DNA of 64,000 nt from Anolis carolinensis (lineage: Eukaryota). Below are positions 12,601-25,200 of this stretch, in pieces. The position numbers and the translations under genes were made by a program. The stretch covers positions 42,457,190-42,521,189 of the forward strand of contig NC_085846.1 of the NCBI RefSeq assembly GCF_035594765.1, read 5' to 3'. The notes under the pieces were generated by a model. The model was given only the letters and a program-made list of their open reading frames with translations. It was not told where the DNA came from and did not search any database. The first letter of the stretch is position 1, and every line of letters begins with the position of its first letter.

Positions 12601-15059
12601 TTTCACTTGTTTAAATTCCAGATCATTCTGCCAAACATTGGTATTATCTATCTAGCAATAACTTTTTCCTGCCATATCTGAATAATTTAGGTAAAAGTGA
12701 GCTACTAATTGATGTACCCACTTCTTTCTTGTTAGATAAAGTAGATTGGTGTCACAGTGGAATGGGAAATCATATGATTCACAGGCCAATGTCTGATCCA
12801 GGTGTATTTTCACAACATCAAGCAATGGAGAGAGACAGCACAGGAATTGTAACTCCTTCTGGTACATTCCATCAACATGTTCCTGCAGGATATATGGACT
12901 TCCCTAAAGTTGGGGTAATGATGCTTTGCTGAAAACAATCTTTAGATACATCTATCTTCTTTAAAAACTCTTTCATATACTGTCATGGGGCAGGACATGT
13001 GCTACCTTGTGATTTCTTTCTGGCTGTTTAATGTAGATAGCTATACAAGTTTTGTGTTTATACCAAGGTCATATATGAGTCAAATTCTGATTCCTAGGAA
13101 CAGCATATTGTTGCTCTGTGCAGGTTTTGGTACAAAGAGCAAGGCATTTGACCTAGTACAGTTCCTTGACTAGATTTCTCTTTTTACAAGCATTTGAAGT
13201 GGGAGTGGCCCTTTTTCTTTCCAACTTTTTTATTTTTCAGCCTCAGAATGTCAATTTATATTTCTTAATTCTTCTGATAAACTTTTAGTTGTATACAATT
13301 TTGTTCATTTAAAAAATAATAATGGAAAGGTCGAGGCTTGCTTTTAAAGATGAAAAAGCAGAAGGAAACTACTGTTCAAATGAGTCCAGGCCACAAAACA
13401 TAACATTGTTCCTTTTAATCCACACAAGAACCCACACTTTTCTCCTCCGGAGCATTCCCTGAAGTCTTTCTGGACTCAGATCCACTTTTCTAGGTGTACC
13501 ATATTGTTTTTTCTCTCTCTGACCCAGCTTTCAAACAGATGTTATGCCAGTGCCAAGATATCTGGAAAGAGTCTAAAGTGCTAAAAATAATCAAGCAACA
13601 CTTGCATTTGCAGTAATTATTATAAATAAGTATTTATTTATTATATATATAATAATAATCGAAACACAAAACAGCTCATAGCATTAAAAATAGTGCAGTT
13701 TAAAATCCATAATAGTCAAAGATTAAAATAATAAATCAGTTAATTAAAATCCATTAAAACGATTAAAAACTGTTAAAATTCAAATATCCTTTCTTTTCTA
13801 AAAACCCACCCAAATAAAGGTTTTAGCTGCCACTGGACGGACAACAGGGAGGAGGCTGTTCTGGCAGAGTTCTAGAGCTGAATAAGGTCTGTTAGTCATA
13901 TCATAAACTGCCCACTAGCAAATCTAAAGAGCAGCATGGCAAAAAGAAAGTGTAATGTGAACAATTTGATCATTTAAAACAGGGTTGGAAAAGTGTGCAC
14001 TTGGTGTATGTAGTCCCCCAAAATTTGCACTCCCTCATACTTCCAGAATCCCCAAACAGAGGGTGAATTCCTACTCCTAGAAGCCTACCTTTTCAGTAGG
14101 TTTCAAAGCCTGCATGTACTATTTAACATAAAAAACCTAATTTTTTGGATAGTCCTTGCAGGATCTGTAGGGTCCCAGGGCATAAAAGTGCCCCCTGTAT
14201 CTGTGCCCACCCTGATATAGAATAACTCAGATTATCTGCCAGTTATACTTCATAACATTTCTCAGGGAAATGGTAATAAAAATTACCTACCATCCACCAG
14301 AGTAAGCTCATTTTGGAATTCTTGAATGGAAAATTGTATTTTCCTAACATAGAGGCAACGTGAATCTATATTACTATGACAGAAATATTTGTATGAAATA
14401 CATATTGAATGACTTGTTCTTTTCCCTGACAGGGCATGCCTTTCTCCGTGTATGGGAATGCAATGATTCCTCCTGTTGCATCCATCGCAGATGGTGCTGG
14501 AGGGCCTGTATTTAATGGACCTCATGCTGCTGACCCATCCTGGAACTCACTGATAAAGATGGTTTCAAATTCTACAGAGAATAATGGCCCTCAGACAGTA
14601 AGTCTTAAAATCTTACTGCTTTAGACAAATTGGATGGACTGATGACTGTCAACCCTTGATTTTTACAATATAGTCCCTGGAGTCAGAATGTTGGAGATAC
14701 TGTAGGGCAAGGGTATGCAGCCTGGTGCTCTCCGGATGCTTTGGACTCATAACACTGAAGCACTATTTCTAGTTTGTTAAAAGTTTTTGATTTTTTTATT
14801 TGTGGTGGTGTACGCACATAATGCAGTCTCAAGAGTGGGATGGGGAAATGTCAGAATCATTTGCACATCCAAGATGATTTACATTGAGGCATACTGTGTA
14901 TTTTTAAATGTGGAACCAAGCAGAATAGGACTTTGTTGCAGTGAGATGTTATATACATTTGAGACACCGGAGCTTAAAACCTTTTCCCTTTTCCTTTAGG
15001 TATGGACTGGAACGTGGACACCTCACATGAACAGTGTGCATATGAACCAGCTTGGCTGA
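533..15059 (+). CDS. ANKRD17: ANKRD17 (ankyrin repeat and KH domain protein 17), 3' part, 11 coding exons; 5' exons lie upstream of the window
   Basis: Spliced exons translate to the recognisable ANKRD17 C-terminus (AAEANKNASILLEELDLEK...KH domain ISRVIGRGGCNINAIR...HMNSVHMNQLG*). Splice phases are consistent. Adjacency to COX18 favours ANKRD17 over ANKHD1. Confidence 0.96.
2471..2642 (+). CDS. ANKRD17: ANKRD17 exon (LREESRRLALAAKREKRKEKRRKKKEE; coiled-coil/NLS-like)
   Basis: ttgcag acceptor, G|GTAAGA donor. Confidence 0.93.
2805..2891 (+). mobile_element. CR1 3' tail
   Basis: tcttccaactctatgattctatga terminal motif. Confidence 0.7.
3375..4252 (+). mobile_element. L2 LINE 3' fragment interrupted by a G-rich insert (3865-4130)
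   Basis: gcacaattcaaagtgctgg... body and gagtcccc..gaaaggcggg (taaa)n tail. Confidence 0.7.
4633..4949 (+). mobile_element. Sauria SINE
   Basis: tRNA-like head with B box ggttcaaatcc, core gatcaataggtaccgc, acctttaccttt tail. Confidence 0.9.
5746..6193 (+). CDS. ANKRD17: ANKRD17 exon (DEPEVLTEPPSATTITTIGISATW...GKSSVK)
   Basis: aatag acceptor, AA|GTAAGC donor, in phase with neighbours. Confidence 0.92.
7229..7384 (+). CDS. ANKRD17: ANKRD17 exon (LSDVITEV...REEGWKEVVR), ends at a GC donor
   Basis: gaaag acceptor; AG|GCAAGT donor is needed to give EVVRRSKKV. Confidence 0.9.
7996..8145 (+). CDS. ANKRD17: ANKRD17 exon, KH domain core (SKKVSVPSTVISRVIGRGGCNINAIREFTGAHIDID)
   Basis: Polypyrimidine tract plus tag acceptor, AG|GTAATA donor, GxxG KH loop. 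Confidence 0.95.
8739..10408 (+). CDS. ANKRD17: ANKRD17 large S/P/T-rich exon (GGTESTRQATQLINALIKDPDKE...APNSS)
   Basis: aatag acceptor, G|GTGAAT donor; lies within the 602-aa ORF of the track. Confidence 0.95.
11341..11538 (+). CDS. ANKRD17: ANKRD17 exon (GIVSMDSPYGSVTPSSTHLGNF...CSSASN)
   Basis: gatag acceptor (alternative in-frame cag at 11328), G|GTGAGT donor. Confidence 0.9.
12103..12351 (+). CDS. ANKRD17: ANKRD17 exon (EPPAQPVS...VPVPIGTERSARIRQTG...GIGGNQ)
   Basis: ctctag acceptor; tandem donors at 12352 and 12355. Confidence 0.9.
12736..12914 (+). CDS. ANKRD17: ANKRD17 exon (DKVDWCHSGMGN...YMDFPKVG)
   Basis: gttag acceptor, GG|GTAATG donor. Confidence 0.92.
14433..14597 (+). CDS. 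ANKRD17: ANKRD17 exon (GMPFSVYGNAMIPP...ENNGPQT)
   Basis: gacag acceptor, CA|GTAAGT donor. Confidence 0.93.
15000..15059 (+). CDS. ANKRD17: ANKRD17 last coding exon (VWTGTWTPHMNSVHMNQLG*)
   Basis: ctttag acceptor, TGA at 15057-15059. Confidence 0.93.
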   Translation, partial: VWTGTWTPHMNSVHMNQLG

Positions 15060-16900
15060 ATGGGGATCACTGCTCACAGCCGAGAGGTTTTCTTTTGGCT
15101 TAGAGGCAAAATATAAACGAAAGAACCAATTTTTCCTCAGCTCTCTGATCATTCTTCGGTTGTTCTGGACTGAAGTGTGTAGGCTTTCGCAGAAGAACGT
15201 ACTAACTGACCCTTTTCTGTGAACATTGTGACTGCCCATTCCCTACCATCATACGGTTCAACTTAGCCTCTCTTAGTTTCATTTCCTTTCCCTTATGATT
15301 ATTCTTAATTTTGGACAAAACTTTCTGTTAAAGCTGTTCTTTGGCTGGTTGGTTTTTAGTACTGTAAGCTGCTTCTGGGCATACACAGAAATTTAGCAAA
15401 ATTATGTAAACTTGATCCTGAAGTTTTAGAATGGCAGATAAATGTACAATTGTTTACATAACAGAAATGGCTAAGCAGAAAGTAAATCTTTTCAGTATGT
15501 CAGTATAGAGGCTCTACTTAATGTAGACTTTAATGTGACAGATGTATCTTCATATACAGCGGTCTGGATGTTTCCTTCATACATTAAACTATTAATAAGC
15601 ATAACTTTTTTCTACTTGTGTAATTTTACATACAACATAAAATGGGCATTATTTATGGATTTTCCCCACAGCTTTATACTATAGAATTCAACATCTATTC
15701 ATGTATTTGATTTGATTTTCTAACATGAAAATGAAGCTAAAGAAGTAGATATTTTGCTCCTTTACAAATTTTATAAACAAGTCAAAAGGCAAACACAAAC
15801 CTAATTTCTGCAACTTTCATACACTATCAAAATCTAATCTCCCACCCCACTCCTGCCTCGCTATCAGTACATTTCATTGTTCTTTAATGGATTTTGCAGC
15901 TCTGGAGGGCTCTTGCTAAATGAATTTCTACAAAGATAGGCTAATAAAACTGAATGAAACCCAGTAATGAATTTAAGCATAGCCTTTTTTTTTTGGATTT
16001 TAGTCTTATGTCACGTAACTGTTGCCATATGTTATTTTGTATCCATGACAATGAACTGAGCATGTCCAGCAGCAGCATCTGCTAAGAACTTTGCTAACAG
16101 AAGTGTCCCAAAACCAAGCATTTTTCAGAAGATACTGAGGAATCAAGCCAGGAAGTAATCTGTTCCAAAAGAGAAACTGCATAGTTGTTTTGATTAACGA
16201 AATTCCAGTTAAAGATGTGTAAACACATACTTGGTAATTTTCATCACCTGTATGTTTGACTGGAATGGAAACATAATAATTCTACCTAGGAATGAAGCTG
16301 TCTAGCTCTAGAGCAGATTTTAGAGGCATCCGTGCCAGCCGATGACGCTTCATTATCTTTACGCAAGGCCCTACTTATAACTGATATGTCTGTGAATGTG
16401 TGATATGTATTTTTAAATTTTATAAACTGATCTATTACTCATGTTTAGTATTGCATGTTAGGATACAAACAGCCCATTGTCTCTTTCTTTTGCTAGTTGG
16501 CAGAAAGTGAACTGAAATTTCGTTTAATGTTACAGTATCACTTGAATCACCCCTTTTCCATAGAGTTACATTATAATCTTGTATACATCAAACTCAAAAG
16601 TAAATCTAATTGCATTTTGGACTTACAGGCAATTGATGATAGGATTGCAGCCTCAGTTGGCTGAAAATGAGACTTAGTGGAATGAAACCTCTGTGATCAC
16701 CTAGAGCAGCTCAATTGCAACACTGAAGCTCTAGAACTGCTGTTTCACATGTAGAGCTAGCAAGAAAAATGATTTTTCCCAAAGAACTCTGCAGCTTTTT
16801 AAATGCATCTTTAAAGATTTTGGAAGGCTTATGAATTATACCAGATGGTCTGTGTACATGCCATTGTCTATTAGTGTTCTTAAAATAAAAATAACATTTC
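15060..16900 (+). other. ANKRD17: ANKRD17 3' UTR (end uncertain) with candidate poly(A) signals ATTAAA 15583, AATAAA 15943 and AATAAA 16884
   Basis: Repeat-free AT-rich stretch after the stop codon; hexamers seen directly. Confidence 0.55.
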
Positions 16901-18039
16901 AATTGTCACTATTCCTACTGAAAAAAAATTGAAATTGGTTGAAGTAAAAAAGGAATGCCTAACCAAAACAAGAGTTAGAAAAGAGAAAAATCCAGTTTTC
17001 AGCACTTTAATGAGTGGAGAATAATGCTGTTCAAATATTTTGTATAACATTTACCACTCCCCTTAGTTTATGTCCCTCCACAGCTAATGAGGATTATTAT
17101 TTTTTGCTTCCTTAAAATAATCCTTTGGTGGAGTAGATGCTGCTTAGTATTTATTACAACGAATAGGTTCAGGTGAGCTAAGTTTCTTAGGATGTGGTTT
17201 CTTATTAAAGCTTATGTGTATTTTGGTGAGTTGGAAGCAAAACTGTTGATAGGAGAACAGGTTGGAATGCCCCATGTCTTGTTTATGGAATAAGGCTTGT
17301 TAAACTAAATATCAAGGTGGAGGGTGATAAGAGGGTCTGTATTAGGAAAACTTTTGGAACACTTTTTTATATTTCAAATGTAATGCATACATGACCAATA
17401 AAAATAAGGAACGTGTTCTTTTTGAGACCTTTGAGGTCTTCTCTATTTTTAAATTTTTTATTTTCTACCAACTTGGAATCTTTGTAGATAAATCTTTTTT
17501 TTTTCATTTTATTTAGAAAATAAGATAACTGGGAAATGAAAAGTGACTGCGTTACTTCTGAGGTGTTGGTGTTCATTGTAACAAGGGTCCTACATGTTGT
17601 AGAAATTAATAACAAGCCTATTTTTATATTAAGCCACTTTAAGTCTCGTGTGGGAGAGATAAAGTGGGGTATAAATATAATAATAATAATCTATTTTTGA
17701 CCATTTCACACAAACATCTGAATGGTAGTGTATTGCTTTATTTGATGTCCCACCCAGTCAGTAATGTATAGAAATACATTTCAAACCAATGGCTTCATTT
17801 GAAGAATTAATGACACTTAAGAACTTTCCATAAAGCAAATTGTACCAGCAAGTTAAGAGTTCAAATAAGTATTATCTGAGCAAAAGTCCTAGAAGACAAA
17901 TTAAATCAAGGAATTAACTCACTGATAATGTAAAATACATTTCTACCAACAATGAAAAGGGATAAAGACAGTATTGGGTTTTTAAAACACCACAACATGA
18001 AACTTGATTGAAAAAATGTTCATTTTCAGTTAAATAATA

Positions 18040-18660
18040 ATAATATAATAATGACTTTATTTTTATATCCTGCTCCCATCTCCCCGAAGGGAGTCGGGGC
18101 AGCTCACATGGGGACAAGCCCAGCATCATCATACATTAAAACAGAGTCGTAATTTATAATTTAAAACAACATAAAACAATAAAAACAACATTACACAGCA
18201 TAAAACAGCATAAACATATCCATTTCTTCAAACCTAGAGCATAGTACAAATATGTAAGGGTGAGCTTGTGCAGATTCTACGTGAGACTCGAGGATAATAA
18301 TATAGGGTAATCAGGGAAGATTACAAGATTAAAATCAACAAGGGTGAGGGATATTGATAAAATGCAATAATTGTGACAAGTTAATATCTAACTAGAACAA
18401 TTCATTCGAAGGTGCATCGATACAGCCATGTTTTAAGGTCCTATGAAAGGTGGACAGGGAAAGTGCCAGTCTGATCTCCCTGGGGAGGGAGTTCCAGAGC
18501 TGAGGGGCCACAGCCGAGAAGGCCCTCTCCCTCGTCCCCACCAACCACACCTGAGATGAAGGCGGGGAACAAGAGAAGGGCCTCCCCGGAGGATCTCAAG
18601 GCCCATGTGGGTTCATAGGGGAGGAGGCGATCGCAGAGATAAGCAGGTCCTGAACCTTCC
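18040..18660 (-). mobile_element. L2 LINE 3' fragment
   Basis: Reverse complement of the L2 tail hairpin and gagttccagagc..gaaggccct body. Confidence 0.7.
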
Positions 18661-19061
18661 AGGCATGTTTTATTCAGTTATATCCTGCCATTTTTACAGA
18701 ACTGACTCAAGGTGAAACAAAGCAATTTTAAAAAGTCCAAGGTAAAAATTCAAAACTGCAATTTATCTAAAATGATTTAGAAGGTGTTATATATATAAAT
18801 AAATAAATAAATAAATAAAAACTACTGTAAAACTGTTCTGGTTTTGTTTTGATATACATTTAAGGAAAGAACAAAAACCCGAACAACTTACGAATGTCTG
18901 CCAGAAGATGGGGAGCCAGTTTGATCTCCCTAGGAAAGAAGGTCCAAAGAGAGGAAGGCAGGTTATAATATTAAAGAATACAAGAAGGCTATACTGCCAT
19001 CTTTAGAGAAGATTGTTCCTGGGCAAAGCAGGGAAAAGACAAGCTACCTGCTGCCCTCTAG

Positions 19062-19188
19062 CAGACATAGGCAAACTTCAGCCCTCCAGGTGTTTTGGAC
19101 TTCAACTCCCACAAATCCTAACAGCCTGTTAGGAATTGTGGGAGTTGAAGTTCAAAACACCTGGAAGGCCAAAGTTTGCCCATTCCTG
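19062..19188. mobile_element. Palindromic hAT-type MITE
   Basis: Near-perfect hairpin, 8-bp TSD ccctctag/ccctatag. Confidence 0.8.
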
Positions 19189-20649
19189 CCCTATAGTATG
19201 GCTAGATTATAGCCAGACTGATCTTCCCTCTGCCAAGTTGGGGATCCTTGGGAGTAAAGGGTACAACCACCTAATTGGGTCTGAGATTTTTCACTGATTG
19301 ATGATGAAAGACAAACATCATCATTTTGAATTACCAGGCAAAATTAATTTTTCATGAAATGCTCCAATTCGTATTTTGTTACTAAAGCAAACTAAAATAT
19401 TTTTTCCTGAAATTTAAACTTTAAAAAAGTTTTATTCTCAAATGCATAATATATGAAGGTTTGGATTGAACCAATATTCCATGTTTCACTTGAAACTAAT
19501 TTTTTTAAAAAATGTTTTTTAGATCCAATGTGACAACAGCTGGGTGTCCATCTGAAATGCTTGGGGTCAGAAGTGTTTTGAATTTTAGATTTTTTTTCGG
19601 ATTTTAGAATCATGCAAGTACATGATGAGAGAATTTGGAGATGCCACCCAAGTCTAAAGACAAAATTCTTTGTTTTCTATGCACCTTATATACATAGCCT
19701 GAGTGTAATTTTATAGACATTTTTTCTATAATTTTGTTGATGAAACAAAGTTTGGGTAAACAACACTGATCCAATTACTCACTATAAATTATGTGTATGC
19801 TTTTTTTTTAAAAAAAATGGAGCATTTTAGATTTCCAGATAAGTGCTCTCAATTTGGAGTGGTTTGAGCATAGGACTACAATGCTGGAGACCAGGGTTTG
19901 GATCCCCACTTAGCCATGGAAATCCATCTTGAGTAAGTGACATTCAGCCTCAGAGAAAGACAAAGGCACCAAGAAACTCTCATTATAAGGTTGTCATAAG
20001 TCAGAGATGACTTGAAACTTGAAAAATGTCATTGCTTGTTGGCTGGAAGTTCAACATAGTAAGGAATCTCTTTGCTGCTGTTGCAAGATTAAAGATTTTG
20101 GTATGATCTGGTCTGAACTGTAAGAAGGCAGTTGTTAACTACAAATGATAAACAGGAAATGCATTGTGTTCTGCATTTAAGTGTTTTCTATAGTTAATAT
20201 AGAGATAAATAGGCAATTTGCGCTGAGGAAAATTAATAGCATCCTAGGCCTGTTCCTATTACACGCATAGCAGAAGTGTAGTATAGTGCCAGGCCTCTCC
20301 AAGGGTTCTTTTTGGTGCCTACACTGGCACACATTACCGCTATAAGATAAGCTTTAGGGGTGGTAAATGAAGCTGGAGTCCTGTCACAACCAATGATAGA
20401 ATTGAGCACCCCAAACTAATTCTACACAGACTACCCCAAGCCAATTTATCCAGTTTAATCCTGGATAAATTGCAGACACAAAAAATAATGAGATATCACT
20501 TATCTTCCCACAATTAGCTATGAGAATTACGGAAAGATGAAAATTCACCCCCACCCACCCACCCAATCAGTTCCCAGCCTTCATATCTATAGGAGTGGGA
20601 ATTTCAGCAACCAACTCAAAGTAAGCAACAGTTGAGGAAATCCTTGAAT

Positions 20650-21530
20650 TTCAACAAGGACAAATGTAAGACACTACACTTAGGCAGAAAAAACCAAAAT
20701 ACAAAAATATAGAATGGGTGATGCCTGGCTCGACAACAGTACGTGTGAAAAAGATCTTGGGAGTCTTCATGGACAAGTTGAACATGAGCCAACATGAGCT
20801 AAAAAGACAATGGGATTTTGGGCTGCATCAAAAGGAGTATAGCATCTAGATCAAGAAGTCATGGTGCCTCTTCAGTTTTGGTCAAACCTCACCTGGAATA
20901 CTGTGTCCAATTCTGGAAACCATAATTCAAAAGAGATATCGAAAAGCTGGAATTTGTCCAGAGGAGGGCAACTCGGAATGATCAAAGGCCTGGAGACCAT
21001 GAATCCCTATGAGGATCGTCTTAAAGAGCTTGGGATGTTTAGCCTGCTGGCACGAAGGTTGAGAGGAGACATGATAGCCATATATAAATATGTCAATGGA
21101 CCGCATAAGGAAGAGGGAGCTGTATTGTTTTCTGCTGCCCTGGAAACTAGGGCCCCTTCCACACAGGTGAATAAAATTCCACATTTTCTGCTTTGAACTG
21201 GAATATATGGCAATGTGGACCAGTTCAAAGCAGATATTGTGGTATTTTCTGCCTTGATATTCTGGGTTATGTGGCTGTGTGGAAGGGCCTGAGGACTCTG
21301 AGCAATGGGTTTAAATTACAGGAAAGGAGATTCCACCTGAACGTTAGGAAGAACTTCCTGGCTGTGAGAGCTGTTCAACAGTGGAACTCTCTGCCTTGGA
21401 GTGTGGTGGAAGCTCCATCCTTGGAAGCTTTTAAACAGATCTTCCTGGGCTTCTTTGTGATTTTCCTGCATGGCAGGGGGCTGGACTAGATGGCCCATGT
21501 GGTCTCTTCCGACTCTGTTATTGTTATTTA
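20650..21530 (+). mobile_element. CR1 LINE 3' fragment
   Basis: YEDRLKELGMFSL..RRLRGDMIAIYKY; FKLQERRFHLNVRKNFL; CR1-type tail. Confidence 0.9.
21150..21289. mobile_element. PIF/Harbinger-like MITE nested in CR1 (related pieces at 21590-21724 and 42500-42615)
   Basis: TIR ggccccttccacacag / ctgtgtggaagggcc. Confidence 0.7.
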
Positions 21531-21842
21531 AAAACCACATTGCACCACTTCCAGTTTTCACTTCATCTCTCAGGAGTATTTTAGTTTGATGCCATATCAC
21601 CCAGAATATCAAGGCAGAAAATCCCACAATATCTGCTTTGAACTGGGTTATCTGAGTCCACACTGCCATATATTCGAGTTCAAAGCAGATAATGTGGGAT
21701 TTTATTCAGATCTATGGAAGAGGCCAGTCCTTTTCAGCTCTACAATTCTGCCTTCCAAAATACAATTAAAAAAATACACAATCTCTAAACACTAAAATTG
21801 TTCACTTTGGGCAGCTTGTTACTACAAACACGAGAACTCCGC

Positions 21843-21924
21843 CGCAACGTGGGTCGCCATCTTGCCCGTCGCGATGCGCATGCGCATGCGCATCGCGACG
21901 GGCAAGATGGCGACCCACGTTGCG
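21843..21924. repeat. Perfect 82-bp palindrome (41-bp arms, no spacer)
   Basis: Checked base by base; centre between 21883 and 21884 (tgc|gca). Confidence 0.97.
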
Positions 21925-22263
21925 CCGCGGCTGCTAACGATTTCTTGGCCCGCGCGAGGGCTATTGCCGTGCTCCTCGCGCCTCCTCGGCTTCCAGTCTC
22001 TTGGCTTGGGAGCGCGCGCCCTCAGTACGCATGCGCCCGAGGGTGGCGGCGGCGGCGGCGGCAGGGGCCTCGGAGCCCCTTCCTGGGGCTGGTATGAGGC
22101 CTTGGCTTCGTCGGCGCCCGTCGCCTGTGCGGAGGCCGGCTTGGCCACGCTGCAGGCCGCCTCGGGGCTCCCGTGGTGGGCCACCGTGGTGACTGCCAGC
22201 GCACTCCTCCGCACGGGCCTCACGCTCCCTCTCGCCGCCTTACAGAGCCGCGTCCTCGCCAAG
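21907..22263 (+). CDS. COX18: COX18 exon 1
   Basis: aagATGg Kozak context, AAG|GTGGGC donor; upstream in-frame ATGs at 21874, 21880 and 21886. Confidence 0.88.
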
Positions 22264-25200
22264 GTGGGCAAAACTTTGGGGCATCTCTGAGCATGCGCAG
22301 TATGCCTCTTCCTTGGAACCAGGTGGGAGATTGGGGAAGTGGACATTGATGGCGATTGGAGACTCGGGGTGCCTCTCTACATTGTAGAATTAGCGTCGTT
22401 TGGCACTAGTTGATTTCTCTAAGGGTCACATACCTCTAAATAATATATATTTCAATCGTTTACTGGCTTTCCTTTCTTGGCAGGAATCTGGAGCATTCCC
22501 TGGCATCTGCTAACATGCAGTATAAAGGGTTTGCCCAGTGTTGTGGGCCAGATGTCCTGGGGTGTTATGTGGGTGCATAAGAAGGACTTCTGGAATACAT
22601 GGATTCTGGCCAGTGTAGACAAGAACTGTGGCTTCTCCTAGTATAGGTAAAGGAAAAGGTTTCCCCTGACGTTAAGTCCAGTCGTGACCAACTCTGGGGG
22701 TTGGTGCTCATCTTCATTTCTAAGCCGAAGAGCCAGCATTGTCCATAGACACCTCCAAGGTCATGTGGCCGGCATGACTGCATGGAGCGCTGTTACCTTC
22801 CCACCGGAGCGGTACCTATTGATCTACTCACATTTGCATGTTTTCAAACTGCTAGGTTGGCAGGAGCTGGGGCTAACAGCGAGCGCTCATTCCGCTCCCG
22901 GGATTTGAACCTGGGACCTTTTGGTCCGTAAGTTCAGCAGCTCAGCGCTTTAACACACTGTGCCTCCAGGCTCTAGTATAGCCACTCCTAGTATAGTGAG
23001 ATGGAATTCCATTAGAAATCACATTTTCATACACAAACCCACGTGAGAGCTTGCACAACTCATCCCACATAGTATGAAAGACTAAAAAGCCTCTTCTGAA
23101 TGAGAGAAATTCTCATTTGGTACTAATTGCCATCTAGGTGTTATTGGAAGGTGTAATACAACAGAGCTAGTAGCAATTCTCATTTCAGCCTCATTTTATG
23201 GACATCAAACATGACCATAAATCTGGTACAGCTCAGTTCAAACTACTACTGCATTTTAACCACCTCATCACATTGAGAGGGGAAGCATGGGTGACCGTCC
23301 CTTTAAGAGTTGAGAATCACCCCTCTTACATTGTCAGCAATCCTGGATAGGGTTCTGCCTCCCCATCACACTCACAGGGACAGTGGAAACGTAAGAGTTG
23401 GCAATATGTTCTTTTTACATTCACCACAAGGTCGGTATTACTTTTTTTAAAAAGTCAGGAGAAACAACAGTAACCGAAAACCAAGAGATCCCTTGCCCTG
23501 CCCAAACGCCCCCTACATTAAAGGAGACTGACAATAGGTTAAAATAATAATAATAATAATAACAACAACAACAACAACTTTATTTTTAAACCCTGCCTCC
23601 ATCTCACCAAAGGGACCCAGGGCGGCTAACATGGGGCCAAGCCCAGGTAAACACACCATAAAAGGATAAAATATATACATCATACAAAATAGACAAGGTA
23701 AAATTCAGTTGTCCGCAATGACATAACAAAATAGCAAAAAACAAGAATGACATAATAAAACATAATATAAAAGCAAAACTAAGGTTAAACAAGAGCAAGC
23801 TGAGCCAAAATGCAAGAATTGTAAACCCAATGGGTGAGGTGGATGGGTAATGTGCTGTGTTTAAAAGAGGGCTTGAGGGTGAAAAATGAAGTTATTTCTG
23901 GGTGACAGAGCAGAATAAAATATGTCAGACATCGTGATTGTTACTGAGGGGAACTTTCCATGTCATCCTGTGATTCTGCATTAAAGCAGTAGGATACAAG
24001 GGACAGTGATCCAGGTTAAAACCATTGCTTTCCATGGGATCCTTTTGTTCTCCATCAAAGCCCATAGGATGCAAGAGACAGTGATCCAGGTTAAAACCAT
24101 CGCTCATTGTTGGCCAGTGAAATAGGAGGGGAAACTTTGATGGTTGCCTCCCACCTGTTTTTCAGTTGTAAAAATTTGAGTAAAGTGTAATAAGGGGTAG
24201 GAGCTCTGAACACGATTGCTGGCCTGTGTTCAGGGGTCCCTCCTTTCAGGACAGTTCTGCCTCTTTTCAACCCTGAAACATGTGATGAGCTCCGTACTTC
24301 TCCATGCTAGAAAAGAGGCAGAAGTGTCCTACCAGGGGAAAATCTCTCAATGTGATGAGGTTGATTGCCGAATTTCCCTCTTTTCAGGACACTTCTTCCT
24401 CTTTTAAACCACTGGAAGGGGGCTATGCATGACAGCCAGAAGTAGTTTCACTCATGTAATGAACTCAGTGTAAGTTGTAGGATAATAACTCCCATGATTC
24501 CATAACATTGAGCCATGACAATTAAAGTGGTGTCAAATTGCATTGAATAATGGATGTGATTTGGCACCACTATAACTGCCATGGCTCAGTGCTATGGAGT
24601 TATCATGGGCGAAAGGTGTTTCAGCTGAAGCTTTATTACCAATCCTTGTTTCCACAGCAAGCCATTTTTTTTCAAAATCTAATTCAAAGTGAGATGCAAT
24701 AATCTGAACAGGGGCACAAACAGTAAAACAAATGCCACAGGAGTGTTAAACATTCCTTGTGCTATCCAAATACGTAGGCACTTTAAAAATGTACCTGTTC
24801 CAACTTAACATACAGTCAACTCAAGAACAAACCTACAGAACCTATCTTGCTTGTAATTCAGGGACTGCCTGTACACAAAGAAAGAAAGTTTCTGACTACC
24901 ATTTCTGTATCTTTTCAGCTAGCTGGAAAACTTGCAACCTGAAATTCAAAGCCTAGCCAAGCATCTCCGCTATGAAGTTTCAGTATATGCAAAACAACAG
25001 GGTTGGTCTGAAAAACTAGCCAGGTAAGAGCTTTAGAGCAGCATAACTAATCAAACCTAAGAAGCTATGAATGTTCTTTAGCATTTAATATTTATATTTG
25101 TTACAGCTACAGTAGAGTCTTGCTTATCCAACATAAATGGGCCGGATAAGCAAAAATGTTGGATAATAAGGAGGGATTAAGGAAATGCCTATTAAACATC

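Larger units (their letters stand above)
21830..22300. promoter_or_regulatory. CpG island / COX18 promoter and exon 1, with NRF1 (TGCGCATGCGCA) and YY1 (CAAGATGGCG) motifs
   Basis: Very CpG-dense against an AT-rich background; tandem GCGCATGCGC at 21876-21891; further NRF1-like sites near 22027 and 22290. Confidence 0.85.

Noticed and set aside
19048-19064. CTCF-like motif gctgccctctagcag between ANKRD17 and COX18
   Set aside because: Partly formed by a MITE junction; a motif match alone is not evidence of binding
21822-22346. 174-aa antisense ORF over COX18 exon 1
   Set aside because: Expected in GC-rich stop-poor sequence; its tail is simply the palindrome mirror of the COX18 start
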